A stretch of DNA of 48,904 nucleotides from Octopus sinensis (GCF_006345805.1 NW_021834396.1:1-48904), one strand, 5' to 3'. Counted from the first letter of the stretch, positions 1 through 13,910 are shown. The notes: generated by a model not told the origin, from the letters alone. Made by a program: numbers and translations.

Positions 1-149
1 TTGGTGTATCGTAAAACTATTTCTGCATTGGAATCCTTGATCAATGTGAAAAGGAATTTCTCCAAGAATCTATTGAGATAGTACCACTGCCGTATAAGAT
101 AAGAAAAGCATAGTGTTGGAGAGACTTCTGTATATTGGATTTAAATTTT

Positions 150-305
150 GGCCCCAGACCATCAAGTTGAGGGAAAGCAGAAGAAGATTACATCGTACCT
201 GGTGTTCAACTGGTACTAATTTTATTGTCCCTATAGGATGAAAGGCAACGTTGACCCCAGTGGACTCTGAATTTAGAATATAAAGACGCCCGAAACATCA
301 CTAAG
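150..305 (-). mobile_element. degenerate Deu/Nin-domain SINE fragment
   Basis: Plus-strand 'gtactaattttattgtccctataggatgaaaggcaacgttgacc' is the reverse complement of the 'gtcgactttgcctttcatcctttcggggtcgataaattaagtac' core seen in intact copies (e.g. 21374-21604). Confidence 0.6.
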
Positions 306-383
306 AATTAACAACTAAAACGAAGAGAGGTGAGGGAACAACAAGCTGATGTATTAGTTTGAAGGCCCGGGAACAATGGAAAG

Positions 384-420
384 GTCTTTGACGTTTTGAG
401 GCTACGCTCTTCTACAAAAA
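384..420 (-). ncRNA. degenerate minimal hammerhead-like motif (same family as 23282-23319)
   Basis: Plus 'gtctttgacgttttgaggctacgctcttctacaaaaa' aligns with 'gtcttttacgtttcgagcctacgctcttcaacagaaa' at 23281; core and stem II carry substitutions. Confidence 0.4.
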
Positions 421-449
421 TGGTTGAGAGGGAAAAACTAAAGGTTGAG

Positions 450-925
450 AGAACTCCTCCTGTACCGTTCTGATAATGTCTACAGAATTCATACTTTTTC
501 TGTCCAAATGATTTTGAAGACTGCGAATAAATGATAATCAAATGGGGAAATGTCCGGCGAATATGGGGGTGGGGCATTCAGACTGCTCCAGCCTCTGGAA
601 TGTCCTCCTCGCTGTATGTGGCCGAGCATTATCCTGATGGAAGAACACTTTTCGTCTTGAAGCCAAAATGGTCGTTTTTCTTCTTTCACTGCCATGAATG
701 ACTGGTTGAATGAGCAAATCCAAGCGTCTCTGCTGGTTCCTCAACAGTTACGATGGGAATTTGTTCCACCAGGGTTTGCAGGACGTCTTCATTGTGCTCT
801 ACAGATCTTCCAGAGCGAGGCTTGTCTTTTAGGCTGCAGTTTCCGGGTCGGAATTTCTGGAACCACCGTTGACACTCGCTTACGCATATTCTCAGATCCC
901 CATATACTGCATTAATATTCCTCAT
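450..925 (-). pseudogene. mariner (Tc1/mariner) transposase relic, frameshifted and internally deleted
   Basis: ORF 686-925 gives an HTH-like 'RNINAVYG...ECQRWFQKFRPGNCSLKDKPRSGRS'; ORF 538-744 gives 'FHQDNARPH'; ORF 489-695 gives 'PPYSPDISPFDYHLF'. These match mariner HDNARPH and YSPDLAPSDY motifs, spread over three frames; the WVPHEL segment is absent. Confidence 0.88.
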
Positions 926-1279
926 TAAATATGCTCCTTTGTCGTTTCCATTACAGCTTTGTAAAAATACCTTTTCAAAATTTGGACTAAGAATAAGGAC
1001 AAGGTAATATTACTACCTGCATTTATAGAAAGTTGATGCAGGTAGTTTATCTTGACCCCCTTTGACTTTATATATATATATTTTTTGTCTGTTGGGTCAT
1101 ATTTGTGGTTAAAAGAATTAGCTGTCTGTTGACTGCTATTTCTAAATTTTCGGTATGTGGTGAAGCAACTTGTTGCTAAATCCTTAATTATATTCATATA
1201 TATATATATATATATATATATAACATATCCATGTGTGTATCTTTGTGTCTGTCTTTGTCTCTCTCCAGACATTGACAAC

Positions 1280-1410
1280 GTAGGGGTTCGGCAAAAGAGG
1301 CTGATAAAATAAATGTCAAGTTAAAAAATTGCTGGGATCGATTCGACTAAAATTTTTCAAGGTGGTGCCCTATCATGGCCGCAGTCCAATGACTGAAGCA
1401 TGTAATAAAA
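1280..1410 (+). mobile_element. 3' part of composite CORE/Nin SINE (family of 14375-14808)
   Basis: 'gttcggcaaaagaggctgataaaataa...ggtggtgccctatcatggccgcagtccaatgactgaagc' matches the 3' half of copies at 14680-14808 and 23765-23900. Confidence 0.7.
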
Positions 1411-2185
1411 AAAAGTACAGGAAGAGTGATAACCGGAATTGTAAGTGCATCGGACGGGATGTTCTTGACGTCTCATCCGATTACGAAATATGGTTGACAG
1501 ATAATATCGGCAATTTCTAAGAAAACAACAACAAAAACAGCTTCTTGAGTTCCATCGGAACATCGACTCTCACCAAGACTGCACATTATATGGTGTAGTC
1601 CTTAGATATATCGAATCTAACAAATAAGGCAGGATTTTGAAAGATGGGATGCATTTGACTGTATGCCTCCTCAAACAATATTTAGATTCGTTAAGCAAAA
1701 ATCACGGTAGAATCAAGCATTGAAACGATACCAATGTAAACATGTTTATCGAATTCTTGGCTTCAGATATACCAGAGTAAATATCAATAAATTTCGAAGG
1801 CAAATATGGCTGATGAGACTTGGCTAAAAATAGGGAATGAAGGTCCGTCTATCAATATGTATGTACTAGACTTAACTAAATTTATCGCCGTCAACATCCG
1901 CTCAAGTCTGGGCGACGAATCTGCCTAGTTTTCTGATTAGAAATCAATGCTGCCTACAGATATGTGTCAGCTGAATAGCAATCTGAGGGGATGCCTGGGT
2001 GGCGAATGGCTGGATGGCTGGATGGCTAGAGGGCCTGCACGACAGTTTGCTTCCTTTGTCTATATTTAGATATGTATATACGAAGGACTACAAATAGGTA
2101 GTCCTATACACACACACATATATATATATATATACATATACATATATTGATATGTATGTAACATACTGTGTTAATGACATATACA

Positions 2186-2186
2186 C

Positions 2187-2274
<88 letters not shown>
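2186..2274. repeat. (GATA)n microsatellite
   Basis: Pure GATA run visible directly. Confidence 0.95.
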
Positions 2275-2823
2275 TGAGGGATAGATCCATACCCCCCACA
2301 CACACATATATATATATATACATACCTGTACATCATCTCCAAACCTTCCGATATATATATATGTATGTTTTGCAAAATAGTGGTTTTGTCTCAAATAATA
2401 TTTTATTATATATATATATATATACATACAGCGAGGCAGATAGAATCACTGAGATTGTTTGAATGACAGACACATAGGACGATAGAGATAAATATATCGA
2501 GAGGCAAACAGCCAGAAAGATAGAACGATATATAAAACAGTTACAGTGATGGATAGAGAAATACAGTTGCACAGACAAAGAGGGGAGAGAGAGAGAGAGA
2601 GAGAGAGAAGAGAAGAGCAGTGGATGGGGCAAATTCAGACAGAGAGGAATGGAAAGAAGAAAGACTCCAATAAAGAAAATGAATCAACAACTACACTAAA
2701 GAAAGCCAGGAAGAGAAAAACATAGAGAAGAGAGGGAAATACGAATCCGGGGGAGTAAAGTAACGTCAAGGGACACATTGAGTAATAGATAGATGGATAG
2801 ATGGATGGATAGATAGATAGATG

Positions 2824-2863
<40 letters not shown>

Positions 2864-2896
2864 TATTAGATAGATAGATGGATGGATGGATGGATG

Positions 2897-2937
<41 letters not shown>

Positions 2938-5612
2938 CTTTTTTATTAGCCACACAGGGCTGAATACAGAGGGGACAAATACAAATGCAGAGCTTTTCTT
3001 TTCGAGGGTGGAAAAAAAATAAAAATGTAAGATTGCGATCAAAAGGGATCGAGAGGAGGAAAAAAAAGAAAAAAAAAAGAAAATCGTGTATCACAGAAAT
3101 AATGGTGTAAACATTGAGTAACAGATTGGGTTCATCCGTGGGAAGAAAAAGCCTACAGGAAAAGACCACGGAACCCCAGTCAGGGAGGAAATAAACACAT
3201 GAGGTCAAAAATGCTCTCTTTCTTTCTTTTTACGATTACAGGATCATGCTCAAAATGGTTTCGTTACTAGCACGCACCATCTTTGCAACATTCACCCATC
3301 CCATTTTTTTTAATCTTTCGCGAGACAAAACTTCCCTCTCCATTCTCACCTTCCTTTCAAGTGTGGTACTTGAAAAAGTTGATGAGCGATTGGCCAGAGA
3401 GGTAAGTGTTTGTCTCTAATCCTTTCGCTCGAGGCCACCACACACATTCTTCACCATGGCCACCAGTACGATGAAAAACTGCCTTGCCTTCCCGGTTGAG
3501 GGAAGGGGGCGGAGCAATTTTCACGATAGACTCGGCCGATAGGCGGATTCGTCCCACACGTGACAGCAGCCGTTCGGCATAAGCCCACAGGTCGGAATGG
3601 TTTGGACATTGCACGAGTGCGTGCAGAACGGTTTCGTCGCTTGACCGCATCTCGGCAAGTCGGTCCAGTGTGTCTGGAACCGTGTCTGTAGAGCTTATCG
3701 AAAACAGGTAATGCTTCTCGATAGCACTGCCAGGCCAGGGATCTTTGGTGATTGTCATAGGTCCCGGCCCGAAAGTTGTCCTGAACAGGCGGGTCAGGTG
3801 TTCCTCGTCGACGCCCAGACTCTGCCCGAGTTCGTCGTCGCCAACTCCCCTCCACTAATCCTCTATAGAATGCCTTTGTTGTGATGGAGTCGCACAAGTT
3901 CGATCCCGGACGGCAGAGTTGCTTGAGAGCAACGCGACACTCGCGGTGCCATTCGCCTAGCCTCGGTCTCTGTTGATCCATGACTGTAGTTCGTCCAAGG
4001 AGACGAGCTGCGGGAAGGGAAAGCGCGCCGCACAAAAGGCGACCACCCCTGTTCACCGTTGTCTATGAAGCGCCGGAGATGTCGCAGTCTCAGCGCATGT
4101 CTGCGCATCATCAACCACGGCATGCCCAGCCCTCCCTTTAGCGGGTGTGGCAGCAAATGGATCGCCTAACCATCGGAACGTTTCCCTTCCACAAGAAGCG
4201 GAAAGAGTATTGCGTTCCAGTTTGGTGATGGTAGGGTCGGGACAAGGCACGACGGTCAGACGATACTCGATGACGGGATGCGATGTACGCGTTCGCCACC
4301 TCCGCCCGACCTTTTAGGGATAGCTTTCTCTCAGTCATTGGGGTGAGAGTAGCCACCCTAGTCGTTATCTCGCCCAGTTCTTCTCCATTGGAGGTCCGGA
4401 CCGAACCCGACACCCGAGAATTTAACCGGTCCGTCCGTCCAGCGTCCCACGATGGAGACGCAGACGCTGTTGGACGGCATAGGCTTGCTTCTCCAGGTGC
4501 CGAGCCGCAAGCCCCACTGACTTTTCCCGGTTAATTTTTGCTCCCGTTACCCGTTTTCGTATTCTTTCAGTGTCTCGCCGACCAGCTCGATGTGCTCGTA
4601 GCTCGACACTATGACGGTGACGTCATCCGCGTATGCAGACACGCTCCTCCCGCATCCCAGCTCTCGTGGGATGCCCCATCAGCGTCGCCAGTTTCCGCAG
4701 TAGTAGGGCTCAAGAGTCAGTACATACAGCAGCGATGAGAGGGGGCATCCCTGACGAACCGAACGCATGATGTTAAAAGGTCTGGATAGATGACCATTTA
4801 CGCGAACTACTTGAGCGGATGCCGCTGTATAAGGCAGCGATCCAACCGCGGAAAACGGACCGAAACCAGCCGCTTTGAGGACAGCCCCAAGTAGTGATGG
4901 TCTACCCTATCGAAGGCTTTTGATTGATCCAAATGATCAGCGCCCCACCCACCCATGCCAGGATTTTTAACTACCCTGTCTATGATGTAGCGCATCAGAT
5001 GGAGGGTGTCATGAATACTTCTACCCGGCACGGCGCATTTGCGCCTTGTCGATTAGTTTCTTGATGACAAGCGCCAACCTCTCGGCTAACACCTTGGCCA
5101 AAATTTTCAAATCTGCGTTGAGCAGAGTGATGGGCCTGAAATTATCTATGACGTCCCCTTGTTTGGGTCTTTCTTGATCAGTGCACTGCCTCTCGCTTTA
5201 CAAAAGCAGGAATACTCCCGTTCTGCTGCCAGTTGCAGTAGACAGCTGCCAAGACGCTTCCAAACAAGTCTGGCATATGAAAATAAAATTCGTAGGGCAG
5301 ACCATCCAAGCCTGGTGACTTGCTCTCGCGCAGCCTACCATCGCATCCTGTACATACGCAGCTGTGATAGGCTTTTCACAAGACTCCACCTCCCTTGCTG
5401 AGAGTCGTGGCAAGGCATGCAGGTAGGCACTAAAGTCCACTCTGCTTTCTGACTCACCACTTGTCCCAAACAGTTGGGTGAAGTGTTGTTGAAAAACCCC
5501 CACACATCCTTTTAGGCTCGAGCAATTCGCGCCCCTGTTCATCTATAAGAGACTTGATGGTGGCTCTGTTGCCTCGTTGCGTCTCCACCACTCGGGCCTC
5601 TTGGGCGGCTCC

Positions 5613-5614
<2 letters not shown>
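2938..5614 (-). mobile_element. 5'-truncated Tx1-clade (L1-like) LINE, copy 1: RT, CCHC and 3'UTR, decayed
   Basis: Collinear with copy 2. Minus strand encodes SAYADDV (~4620-4640), 'DQSKAFDRVDH', 'GRSIHDTLHLMRYII', 'LSLKGRAEVANAYIA', 'ETVLHALVQC'; stop TAA at 3236-3238; 3' end AATAAA+AAAAGTT; (GATA)n on both flanks. Confidence 0.92.
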
Positions 5615-5663
<49 letters not shown>

Positions 5664-5837
5664 TGTGCGTGAGAGAGAGAGAGAGACAGACAGGCGGACG
5701 GACGAACGGACGGACAGACAGACAAACAGGCAGGCAGGCAGACAGGCAGACAGGCGGATAGGCGAACATGTGGACGGATGGACGGACAGACGGACGGACA
5801 GACGGACGGACAGACGGGCAGATAGATAGATAGATAT

Positions 5838-5874
<37 letters not shown>

Positions 5875-6309
5875 CGGACAGATAGATGGACAGATAGATA
5901 GATAGTGTGCGTGTGAGAGAGAGAGAGAGAGAGAGAAAACAGACAGAGACAGACAGACGGAGAGAGATGGGGCCAGTGAGAAAGCTTCTTTTCTGCAACC
6001 GTGTGTAAAGATTGAAGTAGAGATAATGAGGTACGGTGTCAAAAAAGCGTTCGCTTTGGTAAATATCTCGCTTCTACATTTCAATTCGGCCATTTCATAT
6101 GCCACTAAATTTATTCGGAAATGTTGCCAAATTCAATAAAGCAATGGTCTCTTGTCACATAAACAGTATGCTAGCTGTTTCCTATATTCTAAGCTCATAT
6201 ATTTACTTTCCAACACGCTTATATGAAAAGACCTAACTCTACAAATTGAGCGATTGACCAACGAACTATTTTTGTGTATGTATATAATAGCATATGTAAT
6301 GTCCATGCG

Positions 6310-6652
6310 TATGCATAATGTATACATATATATATATATATATATATATAGTTATAATTATATTATATTATATATATATTTATATATATATTTATATATA
6401 TATATTATATATATGTATATATATATATGTATATATATATATATGTGTATATATATATATGTATATATATATGTATATATATATGATATATATATATATG
6501 TAGTATATATATGTATATATAGATATGTATATATATATATATGTATATATATATATGTATATTATATTATGTATATATATAATGTATATATAATATAGGT
6601 ATATATATATGATATATATATATGTATATATATATATGTATATATACATATA

Positions 6653-6750
<98 letters not shown>

Positions 6751-6771
6751 TATATATATATATTATGTATA

Positions 6772-6806
<35 letters not shown>
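6310..6806. repeat. long (TA)n/(TG)n compound microsatellite
   Basis: ~500 bp of nearly uninterrupted TA dinucleotide; the overlapping YI-repeat ORFs are artefacts. Confidence 0.95.
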
Positions 6807-6811
<5 letters not shown>

Positions 6812-7144
6812 ATAGAAGCAAATGCGTATTCGTTCGTATGAAGTTACGTATATATGTAGATAGATAGATGCATACATACACACATACATAATATGGATGT
6901 CTAACCGAAAATAGATATCGTTCTTTATAGTTTCCATGTACTTATATTTCGTATTATTTATTATTTATTTAGTAGACCATAATTCAAGTTTTTATTATGT
7001 GAAGGTTTGCTTCTCTCATGTTTGTCAAAGAAGAACTAGATAATGGTGTATGCTGAAAATGTTAAAACATTTATTTTCCGAATATTCATAAGTGCATACA
7101 TAGACATCTATGTATATACTATTTGTGTATGTAAATCTCACTTC

Positions 7145-7190
<46 letters not shown>

Positions 7191-7345
7191 TTATACATAC
7201 ACACACACAAACATACATATACTGCGGTGAATAAACTACTGTTTTCTAAACTCCGCAAAAATGGAAATAACACTGTCATCTCATCTAACAGATATATTTA
7301 CCTGAATTACATAAAATTATTTTGAAATACTCAAGACTAAATTTG

Positions 7346-7600
7346 TTCAATAAAATCGCCATTGGCGTCAACCACAGTCTCTCGACTGATTCGGAATGTC
7401 TTGCGACTCTTTTGGACGGTCTGCTTGTTTACGTTGGTCAATGCTGCCATAATCCTTGCCTTCAGTTCATCTTTGTTACAAGGAGTTTTGTTGGTCACTC
7501 ACTCAACTGCCACACCCACTCCTCATCATAATCAAGAGTGGGGCAGTCTGGTGAGATAGGTAGCCAGATGTTAGGGGTGACGTGGTTGCATTAATTGTCT
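7346..7600 (-). pseudogene. Tc1/mariner-superfamily transposase C-terminal relic
   Basis: Manual minus-strand translation: 'NHVTPNIWLPISPDCPTLD' (degenerate WPPxSPDxNPLD) then 'TNKTPCNKDELKARIMAALTNVNKQTVQKSRKTFRISRETVVDANGDFIE', matching the typical Tc1/mariner C-terminus ending in V..NG..IE. Confidence 0.8.
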
Positions 7601-7779
7601 GACAGCTATGATTGGTTTCTCCTGATTGTGTGGCATGATAATAATAAAATATATTAACACTGAGACAAGGCATTACACTACGTGTTAAAATATCACTACG
7701 TACTCTGATAGCTGATTCTGAACGGAGAACTTATTGTGAGTGCCGCACGACTCAATGAAACCATAATTGATACTATACA

Positions 7780-7940
7780 CACAGGCGTAGCTGTGTGGTA
7801 AGTAGCTTGATTCCCAACTACACGGTTCTCGATTGAGTCACACTGCGTAGCACCTTGTGCAAGGGACTTCTACAATAGCCTCGCTCCGACTATAACGCTG
7901 TGAATGGATTTGGCAGACGGAAACTGAAAGAAGCCTGTGA
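7780..7940 (+). mobile_element. tRNA-derived CORE-like SINE head (5' part only)
   Basis: 'ggcgtagctgtgtggtaagtagcttg...gcaccttgtgcaagggacttctacaatagcc...ggaaactgaaagaagcc' matches heads at 14375 and 23498. Confidence 0.8.
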
Positions 7941-8092
7941 TATATATATAATATTATATATATATATATCTTTTTTTAATAATTTTGATATATATTTAAA
8001 ATAATATAAATTAATTAATCTTATGTATCGGCTTAAGTTTTTCATTGTATAATTTGCCTAATAGTGGTTTTATCTCTAATTAATATAATATA

Positions 8093-8150
<58 letters not shown>

Positions 8151-8936
8151 TATATATATATATATATATATATATTGAATAAAGTTACAACATGGTCAGG
8201 TTTTCATGCTTTTATTACCGTATTTAAAAAAAATCTCTTTTTACCATTTTCAAGTGTGTTAAAAATGAAAAAACTATTTTGTAATGTAGACGAAGTTCAA
8301 TTAGCGCTTTCATACGTTTGTAGTAATCATCAGATTTCAAAATGCATTTAACTGAGAGTTGAGTTCTTGAAAGCTGTAGTAAAATGACTGGTTTCTTCCT
8401 TTTCATACTTTTCACAAGGATCCAAGAAGCTGAATACTGTGTTGACCAATCAGCATGCATGCTAAACGTCACAGTTTGCTCGGGTCACCGATATTACTAG
8501 TACAGATCCCGCTTTTATTTAAACCAAGCTTGTAGTTTACATGTACTGGTTCTATGAGTGAGCTGGTTTCGATCGTTTTTATTTCAGTTGGTAGGGGGTC
8601 TTCTGTAATTTGTTTATGTTGTAAATTTATTCAACTGATACACAAATTCGGAAAAAATATATATGTATGGATGTATATATATGTATGTGTATCTGTGTGT
8701 AAGTGCGTTTGTGTTTGTAGGTGTGGCAATGTGTGTGTATATATATTAGTGAGCGTGTGTGAATTATCTAGGCGAGTGGTTGTAACACTGCAAACAGTTA
8801 ACTCATAGCTGCCTCGCGTGGGAGCTAATTTGGTTCTAACTCATTTCACCAGAATAAATTGAATTAACGCTAATCTACATGACGATAACAATTTTATCTC
8901 TGATTCGTTACCTTTGTACCATTCTCTATGTATCTG

Positions 8937-8974
<38 letters not shown>

Positions 8975-8994
8975 AATATATATATATATGTCTA

Positions 8995-9043
<49 letters not shown>

Positions 9044-9060
9044 CTCTCCCTCTCTCCGTA

Positions 9061-9091
<31 letters not shown>

Positions 9092-9258
9092 TTGTATATG
9101 TATGTGTGTGTATATGTGCGTGTGAGTGTGTTTGTGCGTGTACGTGTGCATGTATATATATATATAATATATATATATATAGTATGTATGTATATATATA
9201 AATACATATATACATACATATATGTATATATTCATATCTATATATTTATCTATCTATC

Positions 9259-9291
<33 letters not shown>

Positions 9292-9669
9292 TTGTGTATG
9301 TAAATAGATAGAGGGAGAGATGACCGGATGGGCGGTTGGACGGATGGGTGGATGCGTGGGTGGATGGATCTCCTAGATAAAGTGATTTCCGCCTGCTTGC
9401 GCTTCATCAGTAGTAGTTATTTAATAAGCTCACAAAATCACGCCGATATACAGAAAAAATTAATGACCAGTTACACGCATAAATGTACTTTTAGCTCTAA
9501 TTGTCTTTATGAGACATGACGAGCATCGCAGCATTAATGGAGTACTAAACCGTATCCCCGTTATGTGAGATAGAAAATTGTCATTGGATACTAATGCTAC
9601 TAAATACAATTACAAAGATTGTTTTTTTTCCCAGCCCACCAAATATTGGATTGGCCAGTTTTTCTTTAC

Positions 9670-10020
9670 ACCTGTTGTTGTGACCCACTTCGGTCACGAC
9701 ACTGACCATGGGTTTGCACCTAGAAAGTTACCCTCCAAGGTACAAGTCTGGGCAAGGTTGTTTATGGAAGGTCAGCAGTCGCCCATGCATACCGGTCTCC
9801 CCTCTCCACGGCACCAATGTTATCCAAGGGAAAGGCAAAGGGGCCAATACAGCTTGGCACCTGTGACGTCGCAACTCATTTCTACAGCTGAGTGAACTGG
9901 AGCAACGTGAAATAAAGTGTCTTGCTCAAGAACACAACACGCAGCCCGGTCCGGGATTCGAACTCACAACCTCACGATCGTAAGCTCGACACTCTAACCA
10001 CTGAGCCATGCACCAACACA
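9670..10020 (-). mobile_element. tRNA-derived SINE with CORE-like central domain
   Basis: Minus strand: A-box 'tggctcagtgg', B-box 'gagttcgaatccc', then 'gtgttcttgagcaagacactt...cactcagctgtagaaatgagt'. Confidence 0.85.
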
Positions 10021-10364
10021 GTCATAATTATGCTAGCTTACGGAAATAGTCGGAAATGTATTTTTGACGAGGTGAAAACACTCTTAAATTCTGTGATCTA
10101 TTAGTTCCGACTCCAATGCCGGTAATTTTTTGTTCGCTTCTCATATCTCTTAGAGAACTAGTTAAGACTAAACTCCTATACGAGTCGTTTTCTCGGGACA
10201 AATGTTGTCGTATTATAGTGTTCTAAAACTATATTCACATGAATTATGATTTAAAGATATATGTGCTTGTGTGTACGCACGTGTGTGTATGTGTATTCGT
10301 GTTCTATATGAACTTATATTATACATAAGTGCCTGTAGATGCATGTGTTTGTATACATACATAT

Positions 10365-10454
<90 letters not shown>

Positions 10455-10494
10455 CATATATAATACATATATATATATATGTATATATATATAT

Positions 10495-10578
<84 letters not shown>

Positions 10579-11435
10579 TACATATATATATAGATATAAT
10601 TACATAATATATATCACATAGATATATATAATATACCTATGTTGTTTGAGTGTATGTTTAAGTGTGTTTGTGTGTGGTGTAATGTGTGTGTATTTGGTGA
10701 AAATAACCGTTAGTGTAAACAACGCAGAGATAAACGAATTTCACAGACATGCAATACAATAATATTTGTTTAAGGCTTGAATTTCAACAATCTCCATTAT
10801 GATTGTCACGTCTCCATCCCTGAAGCCGTATTAAATTAAAGCCAAAAAAAAAAAAAAAATCTGATATTCTTTCTTATCCGAAATAACCAATCCTTTTTTT
10901 TTAAATGATATATTTAAACAAAGACATTCATTGTCTTGTATATAGCCAACAGGAACAGAAACCAAATCTTCCTCAAATGACACATTACTGTCACATTGAA
11001 TGGAATAGTGTGGGATAGATCTCATGGCGTCAAAGGTCTGACGACGCGTCTCCTGTGCTGATATACAAGATGGAGACCCGATTCTCGATATAGATGCTTT
11101 ATGCTTCCGATCTGGCTCTGGGCTTTGCATGTTACGTGAGAAATGTGTTCAATCGCAAAATCAGCTACCAATGAGAAACGCATACGCTCATTTTTCTTCT
11201 TGCCTTCCATTAATACCACGAATGATTTTTTGCTTCACATAACCAACCGGTAGCGTATGTCCTGAAGTAAATTCTTTCCCCTTTTGAAATCTTAAGCAAA
11301 CCAACATCTCACACACCACTATCGCAAAATCCAAACAATTCATTTTTTTTTTAAACGACGATCGAGCTATTGAAACTAAACTATAATGACAGCCATTTCA
11401 ACAGATTTAGAGACACAAAAAGTACTCTCACATAA

Positions 11436-12034
11436 GGCGGCTAGATGGCAGATACATTACCACGCCGGGCGAAATGCTTAGCGGTATTTCGTCTGCCGTT
11501 ACGTTGTGAGTTCAAATTCCGCCGAGGTCGACTTTGCCTTTCATCCTTTCGGGGTCGATAAATTAAGTAACCAGTTGAGCACTGGGGTCGATATAATCGA
11601 CCTAATACCTGTGTCTGTCCATGTTTGTCTCCTCTATGTTTGGCCCCTTGTGGGTAATAAAGAAATAGGTATTTCGTCTGCCGTTACGTCTGAGTTCAAA
11701 TTCCGCCGAGGTCGACTTTGCCTTTCATCCTTTCGGGCTCGATAAATTAAGTACCAGTTACGCACTGGCATCGATGTAATCGACTTAATCCGTTTGTCTG
11801 TCCTTGTTTGTCCTCTCTGTGTTTAGCCCCATATGGGTAGTAAAGAAATATGTATTTCTTCTGACGTTACGTTCTGAGTTCAAATTCCGCCGAGGTCGAT
11901 TTTGCCTTTCATCCTTTCGGGGTCGATAAATTGAGGACCAGTTACGCACTGGCGTCGATGTAATCGACTTAATCCTTTTGTGTGTCCTTGTTTATCCCCT
12001 CTATGTTTAGCCCCATGTGGGTAGTAAAGAAATA
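11436..12034 (+). mobile_element. tandem trimer of Deu/Nin-domain tRNA SINE
   Basis: One full head at 11436, then ~183-bp units restarting at 11668 and 11851; each has B-box 'gagttcaaattcc' and 'gcctttcatcctttcggggtcgataaattaagtacc'. Confidence 0.9.
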
Positions 12035-12590
12035 AGAAAGTACTCTCGCATATGCCCCATTTTTTCCTTGTCAACCACTGATGCAAACAGTATATTTTGC
12101 TTCATTCAGACAGTGAGGTTCTAAATACCCTAAAATAAACTTTACTCCACCTGTAATCTTTAGCAGATCTGCATTTTACGCGCCTTCAGAACTATCGCAC
12201 ATCCACACTTTTTCGTTTACTGAGGTCACTCAATTAATTCAAGTGTATCTACATCTGCAGTTTTAAAGGCCGAGCACGGAGGGTCATTCGGTAATCAGCA
12301 ACTTGCGTTTCTCTCCCCAGCAAATTGGTTGGACACTAAAATGCCCCTGGATGTACAAAGTTATCAGTGTGCGACTTTTAGCCTTTTATCAGTAGCAAAC
12401 TTTGTTTTTTTTTTTTTGTTCAGGGTCGATAAAAATGTATCAGTCGAACTGGTGTAGCGGTACTGAGGCCAGAATGGATGTCTTATGGTATTTGATCGGG
12501 ATATCGCATTCTGAGTTCAAATTCTGCCGTGGATTATTTTAGTGGTTGACTGAACTTATGACCACTTCTTGCCCATTATAACACCATCAC

Positions 12591-12886
12591 CTAACAATTC
12601 TCCAATTTGGTGGAATCCAATCTGTTGCAAGCATAATGGTTTGAAGAAACCCTATCACTGACGCCGGTAGTTGGGTCATGATTATTGTTTTCTGATCTGA
12701 TTTTTTAAAATTATTTATGCAGATTTCAAACTTAAATTTCTTTGTAACAGATAGCACATTACATTTTGCAACACTATATTTTGATAAACCCTGTAAAAGT
12801 GTAATGTTTGACACATTTGAACTGAGTATATTCTCTGGGCCTTCCATATGTATTTCATGTTGTTTCGCGCGATATTTCAAGTGAAG
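12591..12886 (-). CDS. candidate internal coding exon of an unidentified host gene (296 bp, phase 0 in, phase 2 out)
   Basis: Non-repetitive stop-free frame of 98 codons (LHLKYRAKQHEIHMEGPEN...LATDWIPPNWRIV), bounded by acceptor 'tttcttgattgttgacAG' and donor 'AG|GTGATG'. No family recognised. Confidence 0.45.
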
Positions 12887-13070
12887 CTGTCAACAATCAA
12901 GAAATATCTACCAGTTATCACACTTTGATGTTTGACATTGAGATTAGTTTTAGTAGAGGTTTCCAACGCATAACACCACCATTAAAACCAACTCCATTAT
13001 TAACATATATATATATATATACATATATATATACACACACATTATATATATGTATATACATATGTATATA

Positions 13071-13108
<38 letters not shown>

Positions 13109-13442
13109 GTATATACTAATATATATATATATATATATACATATGTATATACATATTATATTATATATGTATATATGTATGTATGCATGTATGTATGTAT
13201 GTGTATGTATGTATATATATATATATGTATATATACATACTATATATATGTGTGTGTATACTTATATATATATATATATATATATATGTGCCTATATAGA
13301 GATATATACATATATACAATACATACTTACATATATATATGTATGCATGTATGTTATATATAATGTAATTACATAACTATATATGTGTGTGTATACTTAT
13401 ATAATATATATGTATGCATGTATGTTATATATATATGTATAT

Positions 13443-13521
<79 letters not shown>

Positions 13522-13910
13522 CACGGATGCTCGTACGCGCGCCATACACAAACACATATACATGCACATGCGTGGTGTGAGTGTATATTATATGTCTATA
13601 ATTTAGGTTATTATCTTCCAGCTTGCGATTTTCTGGCACCTATGTTTTTGTCCTGTATGCGGCCAGTTGAAAGGGAGAATCGAATCAAAGAGTTGATATG
13701 ATTTATGTCCCGATTTTATGGGCATCATTAGGTTAGTTCCAATGATGAAAGTTAAACTATGTATATAGGTTTGTATCTGAATACAACTGGGTGTGTCTAT
13801 GATTCATCACATACCCGTGTGATATCTTTCTTACGTATACATGCGTGTGCGGGTATGATGTGACTGGTGTGTATTTGATATAAATGCACTGTTAATATAA
13901 TAGTCCGCTT

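Noticed and set aside
6254-6937. Numerous YI/IY-, LSIY-, HT- and VC-repeat ORFs here and throughout the window
   Set aside because: They are translations of (TA)n, (TATC)n and (CA)n microsatellites, not genes.
8227-8461. Possible minus-strand exon 'SMHADWSTQYSASW...LTHLKM', phase-compatible with 12591
   Set aside because: The acceptor 'gacgtttAG' lacks a polypyrimidine tract, and the phase match could be chance. Not supportable without RNA data.
9920-10020. tRNA-like sequences here and at 24560-24636 and 34200-34280
   Set aside because: They continue into SINE bodies and lack a full cloverleaf, so they are SINE heads, not tRNA genes.
11436-12034. Regularly spaced repeats resembling a CRISPR array
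   Set aside because: Units are ~183-bp SINE copies with no unique spacers, in a eukaryotic context.
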